NCBI GenBank assembly: GCA_045652165.1
Contig: JAZRTQ010000060.1
Coordinates: forward strand, 41,139 to 105,138
Origin: Acutalibacteraceae bacterium
GTDB lineage: Bacteria; Bacillota; Clostridia; Oscillospirales; Acutalibacteraceae
Reading direction: 5' to 3'
DNA: 64,000 nt
Made by a program: the position numbers and the translations under genes. Below, piece by piece: positions 57,739 to 64,000 of the stretch. The notes under the pieces were generated by a model. The model had not been told where the DNA came from. It did not search any database and was given only the letters and a program-made list of their open reading frames with translations. Position 1 is the stretch's first letter. Each line of letters starts with the position of its first letter.

Positions 57739-59112
57739 GTGATAAAAATGGAAAAAAGATATTCTTTGAATATGACAAGCGGACCTTTTCTGAAGAAAAT
57801 TCTCATTTTCTCCGTTCCGCTTATGCTAACGGGTCTTTTGCAACTTGCATATAACACCGCCGATGTTATCGTTGTTGGCAGATTTGCGGGCAAAGAGGCT
57901 CTTGCCGCAGTCGGTTCAACCGGCTCGCTCATAAATCTTCTGCTGAATGTTTTTCTCGGTCTTTCAATGGGCGCAGGTGTAATGATTGCCCGCCATATCG
58001 GCGCAAAAGACGAAGAAAGAGTTCATAAAAGCACTCACACCGCAATGGCGATAAGCGTTTTATGCGGATTCTTTGTTGGTGTTCTCGGATTTTTTCTGTC
58101 ACGGCATCTGCTTGTTCTTATGAAAGTTCCCGCAGATGTGCTTGACCTTGCATCTCTTTATCTTAAAATTTATTTTGCGGGTTCCCCCGGTATGCTTGCA
58201 TATAATTTCGGTGCATCCATAGTCAGAGCAACGGGCGACACAAAAAGACCGCTTTATATTCTTTTCCTTTCAGGTCTAGTTAATGTTGCTCTTAATCTTA
58301 TTCTCGTTATATTTTTTCATATGGGTGTCAGCGGCGTTGCAATAGCAACCATTGCTTCGCAATATATTTCCGCCGTAATGATAATAAAATATCTTACGGT
58401 TATTCCGAATTCCTGCCGTCTTTCATTCAGAAAGCTTCATATTTATAAAGAAGAGCTTCTGCCGATAATAAAACTCGGTCTGCCCGCAGGTATTCAGAAT
58501 TCGCTCTTTTCAGTTTCAAATGTTATCATTCAGTCAACCGTTAACGAATTCGGCTCGGTTGCAATGGCGGGCATTGCCGCAGGCTCAAATTTTGACTCTT
58601 ATGTTTACACCTGCACAAACGCCGTTTCGCAGACCTCGATGACTTTCACCTCGCAGAATATGGGTGCCAAAAAATACGGCAATATACCCAGAGTATACTC
58701 ATACTGCCTGATTATCACCGTTATAATCGGCACCGCGGGAGGAATGCTCGGCACTTTGTGTGCCGATACAATCACAGGCTTTTTCTCAACCGACCCCGAG
58801 GTTATCAAAATCGGCGCGGCAAGACTTGCACAGGTTATGCCGTTTTATGTTTTCTGCTCGCTTATGGATGTTGCGGGCAATCAGCTCAGAGGTATGGGCA
58901 AATCATACGAACCGATGATAGTTTCTCTCGTAGGCGCTTGCGGAGTAAGACTTGCGTGGATATTCTTTGTTCTTCCGCTCAACCACACACTCACCACACT
59001 TTATTGGGCTTATCCCATTTCCTGGGCGGCAACATTCTTTGCACAGTTCACTTTCTATTTTATAGTCAGAAAACAGATGAAGAGCAAGGGAATTACATTT
59101 AAAGAAGTTTAA
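57739..59112 (+). CDS. MATE family efflux transporter
   Basis: LQLAYN.AD..VVG, ALAAVG, GDTKRPL, GVSGVAIAT repeated halves. Confidence 0.92.
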   Translation: MIKMEKRYSLNMTSGPFLKKILIFSVPLMLTGLLQLAYNTADVIVVGRFAGKEALAAVGSTGSLINLLLNVFLGLSMGAGVMIARHIGAKDEERVHKSTHTAMAISVLCGFFVGVLGFFLSRHLLVLMKVPADVLDLASLYLKIYFAGSPGMLAYNFGASIVRATGDTKRPLYILFLSGLVNVALNLILVIFFHMGVSGVAIATIASQYISAVMIIKYLTVIPNSCRLSFRKLHIYKEELLPIIKLGLPAGIQNSLFSVSNVIIQSTVNEFGSVAMAGIAAGSNFDSYVYTCTNAVSQTSMTFTSQNMGAKKYGNIPRVYSYCLIITVIIGTAGGMLGTLCADTITGFFSTDPEVIKIGAARLAQVMPFYVFCSLMDVAGNQLRGMGKSYEPMIVSLVGACGVRLAWIFFVLPLNHTLTTLYWAYPISWAATFFAQFTFYFIVRKQMKSKGITFKEV

Positions 59113-59113
59113 A

Positions 59114-59145
59114 AAACAGGCAGAGTCGGTTGACTCTGCCTGTTT
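59114..59145. terminator. Bidirectional terminator
   Basis: 14-bp stem AAACAGGCAGAGTC/GACTCTGCCTGTTT. Confidence 0.8.
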
Positions 59146-59146
59146 C

Positions 59147-60097
59147 TTATTTAATCAAATCATTCTTCTTAATGAAATCAATTGTTTCGTCAACTGTCGT
59201 GAATGCAAGAGCAACGGTGGTATCAGCCGCACCGTAGTAAATTGCAATTCTGCCTGTTTCAGCATCTGCAAGAGCCGCACAGGGGAACACAACATTGGGC
59301 ACATCGCCAACGCATTCATAAAGCTCGTGAGGTGCAAGCAGGAAGCAATCTGCTCTGTGGAGCACCTTCCAGGGCTCATCCTTATCAAGGATTGCGGCGC
59401 CCATTGCATAGGTAAAGCCGTTACAGCTTGTAAGAACGCCGTGATAGAACATAAGCCAGCCTTCGTCTGTTTCAATGGGAGTGGGGCCTGCACCAACCTT
59501 GGTTGACTCCCAGATTTTCTGCGGCTGCATAACAAATCTGTGCTTGCCCCAATAGGTTAAATCCTTGCTGTGGCAAAGGAAAATATCGCCGTAGGGGGTA
59601 TGTCCTCTGTCGCAGGGACGGATGAGAAGAACATATTCATCATTTATCTTGCGGGGGAAGAGCACGCCGTTTCTTGCAACGGGATAGCAAGCATCCTCCA
59701 TCTGAACCCAATCTTTGAAGTTTTCGGTATAAGCAATACCGATGGTTGTGCCGTGAGGTGTAAGATTAACCCAGGAAAGATAATATTTGCCGTCAATTTC
59801 GCAGAGTCTGGGGTCATAGCCTCTGAAAATAACCTTTTCTTCAAGCTCCCAGTTGATTGCATCCTTACTGTATCCAACAACCAGAGTATGATCTCTCGAC
59901 ATCATATCTGCTCTGAAAACACCAGCAAAACCGTCGCCGTAAGGCACAACTGCGGAATTGAAAATGCTGTTTGCCATAAAAAGATTATCTCTTGTAATGA
60001 TAGGGTTGTTTGTGTATCTCCAAACGGGATATTTCCAACCCTCAGGCTTTTCCTGCCAAGGGATATTGGGAATGTTTGCTCCTATAATCTTTGCCAT
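59147..60097 (-). CDS. GH130 beta-mannoside phosphorylase (beta-1,4-mannosyl-GlcNAc/manno-oligosaccharide phosphorylase type)
   Basis: IPWQEKP, NSIFNSAVVP, YDPR, RNGVLFPRKI, KVGAGP.P, GDVPNVVFP, YYGAAD; ATG 60097. Confidence 0.88.
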   Translation of the reverse strand: MAKIIGANIPNIPWQEKPEGWKYPVWRYTNNPIITRDNLFMANSIFNSAVVPYGDGFAGVFRADMMSRDHTLVVGYSKDAINWELEEKVIFRGYDPRLCEIDGKYYLSWVNLTPHGTTIGIAYTENFKDWVQMEDACYPVARNGVLFPRKINDEYVLLIRPCDRGHTPYGDIFLCHSKDLTYWGKHRFVMQPQKIWESTKVGAGPTPIETDEGWLMFYHGVLTSCNGFTYAMGAAILDKDEPWKVLHRADCFLLAPHELYECVGDVPNVVFPCAALADAETGRIAIYYGAADTTVALAFTTVDETIDFIKKNDLIK

Positions 60098-60125
60098 ATA
60101 TATTTCTCCTTTATTTAATTTCTGT

Positions 60126-60716
60126 TCAGAATTTTCTGCGAAGCTCAACAACCTTGCCGATAACCGTTACGGGCAATTCCGCAACTTCTTCTTTAGTGAA
60201 AACCATAGGCTCATACGACGAATTTTCAGACACGAGCAAAATGCTTGTGTCTTTTTTTATAAGTTTCTTAACAACAGCCTCTTCATTGTTAACGTGAACA
60301 ACCGCAATATCTCCGCTTTCTGCATCAGGCTGGCAACGAACTATAACCGTATCATCGGGATGAAACAGCGGAAACATACTGTCACCGTTAATTTTTAACC
60401 CGAAATACTTGCCTCTTCCTGCTAGTTCCGCGCCGATTTCTTCATATCCGATTACATCTTCAACAGCCTGCGCGGGAACACCCGCTTTAACATAGCCGAG
60501 AACAGGCACAAGAACCTTGTTTTCCTGCAAAGTGTTGCCGAGAATCGCATCAGCCGAGGCTTCAAGAACTCTTGACAAAACAAGAACGCTTTCTTTATCG
60601 GGTGCGGTGCGGTTGTTTTCCCATTGACTGACCGCCGTCTGATGAACATCGCAAAGCTCTGCAAGCTTCTTTTGCGAATAACCTTTTTTCAGCCTCAGCT
60701 CTTTTATTGCGTTCAC
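60126..60716 (-). CDS. CI/LexA-like repressor: XRE HTH plus S24 autopeptidase
   Basis: SQKKLAE..DV.Q.AVSQWENN; catalytic GDSM and VVKK; GTG 60716 after GAGGGG. Confidence 0.9.
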   Translation of the reverse strand: MNAIKELRLKKGYSQKKLAELCDVHQTAVSQWENNRTAPDKESVLVLSRVLEASADAILGNTLQENKVLVPVLGYVKAGVPAQAVEDVIGYEEIGAELAGRGKYFGLKINGDSMFPLFHPDDTVIVRCQPDAESGDIAVVHVNNEEAVVKKLIKKDTSILLVSENSSYEPMVFTKEEVAELPVTVIGKVVELRRKF

Positions 60717-60753
60717 GCTTCCGCCCCCTCTTGCAGTTTTTTCATACAAATAT

Positions 60754-60782
60754 ATTATGAGTGCCACTATTGAAAAAGTCAA
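60754..60782 (-). promoter_or_regulatory. Repressor promoter
   Basis: Minus strand TTGACT, 17 nt, CATAAT. Confidence 0.7.
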
Positions 60783-60812
60783 TAACAAATTAAAATTTTC
60801 TCAACTTTACAC

Positions 60813-60841
60813 TTGACAAACGAACATTTGTTCACTAGAAT
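60813..60841 (+). promoter_or_regulatory. Sigma-A promoter with Firmicutes SOS (LexA) box in the spacer
   Basis: TTGACA (60813-60818), 17 nt, TAGAAT (60836-60841); CGAACATTTGTTCA at 60821-60834 has the GAAC-N4-GTTC core. Confidence 0.8.
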
Positions 60842-60858
60842 TAATAGTACCGCTATTA
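60842..60858. promoter_or_regulatory. Candidate CI operator over the transcription start
   Basis: Palindrome TAATAG-TACCG-CTATTA; related site TATGAGTGCCACTATTG at 60756-60772 (12/17 identical). Confidence 0.5.
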
Positions 60859-60885
60859 CTTAAGCGGAATTTCAGGAGGTAAACC

Positions 60886-61533
60886 TTGGTTATGGATTTA
60901 AATGATACTTTTTTCAGCTTTCCGGATGAGCAGGAAATAAAAGCGGCTCAGGCAGCGTGCTGCGGCAGATACTGCACCGCCTGCGAAGCACCCGCAGAAT
61001 ATGCCTGGAGAAAAAGAAGCGTTGACCTTTCAATTCTTCTTGAAGCGGCAATTGAAGCGGAACTGACTGCACTTGAGCAGAAAATCATAAAAGATTTCTG
61101 GTTCAACTCAAAAACAATCACGGTTATTTCCAAAGAAAGAGGAGTTGCTCCCTCCAGCATAAGCTCAACGCTCGACAGAGCTCAGAGCAAACTGAAAAAA
61201 GCTCTCGGTTACATAATCAGATACCAGCACGATATTGATAACGAATCCATCATACCTCTTGCACTCGGCAAGGCAAGGGTTATTGCGGCGGCAAGAAACG
61301 CATCGGGCGGCACCTCCGCGCAAAGAATAATGCGTTTAAGGCAGAGTCAGAATCTTTCAAGAAAAATTCTGAGCAAAGCTTTGGGCATTTCCCAGACAAG
61401 GCTTGAAAACCTTGAACACGGCAAAGCCCCTTTAAATTTGCAGGAGCTTACGGCAATAAGCGAATTCTTTTCGGTATCAACCGATTTTATTTTGAAAGGA
61501 GTAGATTTCAACGGAAAAGAAAAGTCTTTATGA
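60886..61533 (+). CDS. Sigma-70 region 4-like HTH fused to an XRE HTH (putative phage-type activator)
   Basis: LT..EQKII..F...KT...IS.ERGV..SSIS..L.RA..KL; C-terminal LRQ..NLS...L...LGIS..RL..LE.G. Confidence 0.7.
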   Translation: MVMDLNDTFFSFPDEQEIKAAQAACCGRYCTACEAPAEYAWRKRSVDLSILLEAAIEAELTALEQKIIKDFWFNSKTITVISKERGVAPSSISSTLDRAQSKLKKALGYIIRYQHDIDNESIIPLALGKARVIAAARNASGGTSAQRIMRLRQSQNLSRKILSKALGISQTRLENLEHGKAPLNLQELTAISEFFSVSTDFILKGVDFNGKEKSL

Positions 61534-61534
61534 A

Positions 61535-61762
61535 TTGGGAACGGAATATGAAAAAGCTGCCGTAACCATTAAAACCCGTATTTCCGAAAGGAGAGCAAAG
61601 CTAAGGTCGCTAAAAAACGGAATCTGCTCCAAGGAAGCATTCATTCTTAAAAGCGAGCTTAATCAGCTCTACAGAGAATACAGGGATTGCAGAGAAACAG
61701 CAGAATATCTGAAACATTATTATGAAAAAGAAAGAAAAAAGAACGGAGCATTTGAAATATGA
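61535..61762 (+). CDS. Small basic coiled-coil protein of unknown function
   Basis: Coupled to neighbours; frame is open back to an ACG at 61511 behind AAGGAG. Confidence 0.65.
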   Translation: MGTEYEKAAVTIKTRISERRAKLRSLKNGICSKEAFILKSELNQLYREYRDCRETAEYLKHYYEKERKKNGAFEI

Positions 61763-62670
61763 ATACTATAGTTATATCAGAAGTTTCGGAAAACTTTGAG
61801 CTTTCAGCCGAATCCTCACAAGGATTCTCGGGCGAGCATAATGCCGAAACACTTGAAATAAACATCTCTCCGCTTATTCCCCAAGGATTTGATTACTATG
61901 TTCTGATTTTCGATGATTCATCGGTCAGCGGAGTTTTTAAATCGAATGAAATAAGAGGAGAAACCGACTACCCCGCATATATCAGCGGTGAAACAATAGT
62001 TTGTCCGCTTTCTTCACAGCTCACATCAACGGGCAGACTGAAATTTCAGCTTGAAGCACACAAAAACACCGAAAACGGTTCAATAATCAAAAAGACCTCG
62101 GTTGCTTCACTTGAATTCAAGCCTTCAATTATGGGCGGCAACGATATGCTTTTCAATCAGGACTATACTACAAAGCTTGATGAGCTTGACAAAAAAATTC
62201 TCGAATTATCGAAAGCTGTTGAATCTGTCCGTCAAATTCCTCTTGCTTCAACCTCAACCGTCGGCGGCATAAAACTTTCCTCTTCTTCGCCCATAACGCT
62301 CACCGAAAACGGAGCTGCAGATTTGGATATATCCAATATCAAAGAAATCAGTCTTGCGGCGAAGCTCATAATGTCACTTATGTATAACAGCACAAAAGCA
62401 AAATGCATTTATCAGAAAACCTGCGAAGAGGACACAAGAACCCTTTACTCATCAACTTCACAAGTAGTTGCCGGCAACTATGATTATGTGCTTTTCTATA
62501 CCGAAACAAACGGAACGATAAACTATCGAAATGCCGCAGGAGAAAAAGTTGACTTGAAAGCATCAAGCCAATATATTTACTGTTTCACCGGTTCAGGCAG
62601 CAATTTTACCGTTAAGGAATATAACAGAAATTCTTTCCGCGAGCTTCTTTTGGAAGGGGCGGTTAAATGA
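61759..62670 (+). CDS. BppU N-terminal-domain / tail-fibre-like protein
   Basis: GEHNA.TL.I and LT.TG.L.FQLEA resemble BppU_N; IPLAS.STVGGIKL resembles a tail-fibre repeat. Confidence 0.55.
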   Translation: MNTIVISEVSENFELSAESSQGFSGEHNAETLEINISPLIPQGFDYYVLIFDDSSVSGVFKSNEIRGETDYPAYISGETIVCPLSSQLTSTGRLKFQLEAHKNTENGSIIKKTSVASLEFKPSIMGGNDMLFNQDYTTKLDELDKKILELSKAVESVRQIPLASTSTVGGIKLSSSSPITLTENGAADLDISNIKEISLAAKLIMSLMYNSTKAKCIYQKTCEEDTRTLYSSTSQVVAGNYDYVLFYTETNGTINYRNAAGEKVDLKASSQYIYCFTGSGSNFTVKEYNRNSFRELLLEGAVK

Positions 62671-63215
62671 GCAAAAAAATCTGCATACTCGTTGGTCACG
62701 GAAAATCCGATAACGGCGGATACGACAGCGGAGCGGTCAGCATAGGCGGCAATTATCACGAATTTAAAATCGCAAAAGAAATCGCGAAACACGCCGCCGA
62801 ATATCTGAACTGTGACATTATGAACTATGAAGGCAACCTCAACCTTCGCCAGAGAATAAAAGCGGTAAATTCTGCAAATTACGATTTTATCGCAGAAGTT
62901 CATCTCAATGCGGGCGGCGGCACGGGGCCCGAGGTTTATTATTATCACGGCTCTCCGACGGGTCTTAAAACAGCAAAAGCAATATGCAAAGAAATTTCAT
63001 CGCAGTTTTCTGTGCGAAACAGAGGTCCCAAGGTTAAAATGGGCAAAAACGGCAAGGATTATTTCGGTATAATCAGAGATACCAAGCCTTGTGCAATTCT
63101 GATTGAAACCCTGTTTATTGACCGCGTTTCAGACCTCAGCAAACTTGCTTCTGCCGAAGGGCAGAAAAAATGCGGTCAGGCAATCGGAAAAGCATTAAAA
63201 AACACTTTGCTTTGA
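62667..63215 (+). CDS. N-acetylmuramoyl-L-alanine amidase (Amidase_3) endolysin, catalytic domain only
   Basis: VGHG, HE, EVHLNA, G.EVYY, ILIETLFID; no signal peptide or binding domain. Confidence 0.9.
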   Translation: MSKKICILVGHGKSDNGGYDSGAVSIGGNYHEFKIAKEIAKHAAEYLNCDIMNYEGNLNLRQRIKAVNSANYDFIAEVHLNAGGGTGPEVYYYHGSPTGLKTAKAICKEISSQFSVRNRGPKVKMGKNGKDYFGIIRDTKPCAILIETLFIDRVSDLSKLASAEGQKKCGQAIGKALKNTLL

Positions 63216-63228
63216 GCGGGGTGAGAAA

Positions 63229-63429
63229 ATGGACTGGGATATTTTATTTTCATTTCTCGGCTCTGCCGCAGGATGCATTGCAGGCATAGTCACCTCACAA
63301 AGACTTACGGGCTACCGTCTTCAACAGCTTGAAGCAAAGGTCAACAAGCATAATAATCTTGTTGAAAGAATGACGGCAAGCGAAATCAGAATTCAGAATA
63401 TTGAAGAAAGGATAAGAGAAAGCATATGA
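63229..63429 (+). CDS. Small phage lysis-cassette membrane/coiled-coil protein (XhlA-like)
   Basis: N-terminal TM then YRL.QLE.KV.KHNNLVER, common beside phage holins. Confidence 0.6.
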   Translation: MDWDILFSFLGSAAGCIAGIVTSQRLTGYRLQQLEAKVNKHNNLVERMTASEIRIQNIEERIRESI

Positions 63430-63704
63430 ATAAAATCAAGGATATTATTTTTGCGCTTCAGGGTGTCACCGCAGGTGCTTGGATTCGCCTCGGAATTCTT
63501 GTTGCGGCAATCATAAGCACCGCGCTCCGCCTTTTCGGCGTTGATACGGTTGATTTCGGCAATGAGAACTTTGAAAATGCCGCAAATATCGTTGTGCTCG
63601 TTACAAGTGCCGCGGCGGCATACTGGAAAAACAATTCTTTCACCGAAGCCGCGCAGGCAGCAGACGAAGTGCTTCAGATTATAAAAAACAGAGAAAACGT
63701 TTGA
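63426..63704 (+). CDS. SPP1-family phage holin
   Basis: Two TM segments and the WKNNSFT..A signature. Confidence 0.85.
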   Translation: MNKIKDIIFALQGVTAGAWIRLGILVAAIISTALRLFGVDTVDFGNENFENAANIVVLVTSAAAAYWKNNSFTEAAQAADEVLQIIKNRENV

Positions 63705-63711
63705 TTTTTTC

Positions 63712-63740
63712 TTGACAAATAACCGTTCCTTCATTATAAT
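63712..63740 (+). promoter_or_regulatory. Sigma-A promoter of tRNA-Val
   Basis: TTGACA, 17 nt, TATAAT. Confidence 0.8.
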
Positions 63741-63765
63741 AACATCTGCACTTATGTGCAGGTGA

Positions 63766-63841
63766 GGACGTTTAGCTCAGCTGGTAGAGCATTCGCTTGA
63801 CGTGCGAAGGGTCAGCGGTTCAAGTCCGTTAACGTCCACCA
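63766..63841 (+). tRNA. tRNA-Val(GAC)
   Basis: Acceptor GGACGTT/AACGTCC; anticodon arm TTCGC-TTGACGT-GCGAA; TTCAAGT; CCA. Confidence 0.95.
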
Positions 63842-63914
63842 AACGGGCATTGGATGAACACTTATTTTTTCAAAGGCGGTTTCGCCGTAAGGGTTCCGAT
63901 CTGATGCAAAACAG

Positions 63915-63951
63915 AAAAGAGAGTCAAGGTTTAAAGCCTTGGCTCTCTTTT
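63915..63951 (+). terminator. Intrinsic terminator downstream of tRNA-Val
   Basis: AAAAGAGAGTCAAGG / CCTTGGCTCTCTTTT stem followed by T-rich tail. Confidence 0.75.
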
Positions 63952-64000
63952 GTTTATGTGTTGCTATGTTGTCATAGACTTACTGTCTTACCCATTTTCT

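Larger units (their letters stand above)
60126..63704. mobile_element. Minimal phage-derived regulatory, tail-fibre-like and lysis module
   Basis: Repressor divergent from five tightly coupled ORFs ending in amidase and holins; no capsid, terminase or integrase genes. Confidence 0.75.

Noticed and set aside
63712-63841. tRNA-Val as the attachment site of the phage-derived module
   Set aside because: The module lies 5' of the tRNA and its promoter, and no copy of the tRNA 3' end was seen at the module's left border
63888-63898. ykkC-type (guanidine/ppGpp/PRPP) riboswitch suggested by AGGGTTCCG
   Set aside because: The downstream CTGGTCC and P3 elements are absent and a terminator follows; only a short motif matches

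Overview
64 kb of chromosome from a spore-forming Clostridia bacterium (Oscillospirales-like; inferred from gene content, not a database search). From left to right it holds: a cell-wall polysaccharide locus (GT2s, ABC exporter, tarI/tarJ, two TagB/F-family proteins); many glycoside hydrolases (GH3, GH36, GH39-like, GH78, GH92, GH127, GH4, GH109, GH130); housekeeping and sporulation genes (dut, gltA, holB, ricT, darA, spoIID, yqfC/D, ylbJ); six tRNAs; and a ferredoxin missed by the ORF track. No rRNA, CRISPR array, integrase or transposase is visible. Three accessory structures stand out. (1) 60.1-63.7 kb is a compact, intact phage-derived module (CI-like repressor, sigma4-XRE fusion, lone BppU/tail-fibre-like gene, amidase, two holin-type genes). 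It has no capsid, terminase or integrase, and its promoter carries a host-LexA-type SOS box plus candidate CI operators. (2) A 1.16-kb integrase-less micro-island sits in the 3' end of the GGGtGRT gene, flanked by a 95-bp duplication, and carries one AT-rich DUF1919 gene between TTAGACACATCA-type repeats. (3) A 162-bp hairpin-rich element duplicates the 3' end and terminator of tRNA-Gln. Family assignments come from recognised motifs only; none were confirmed by a search.
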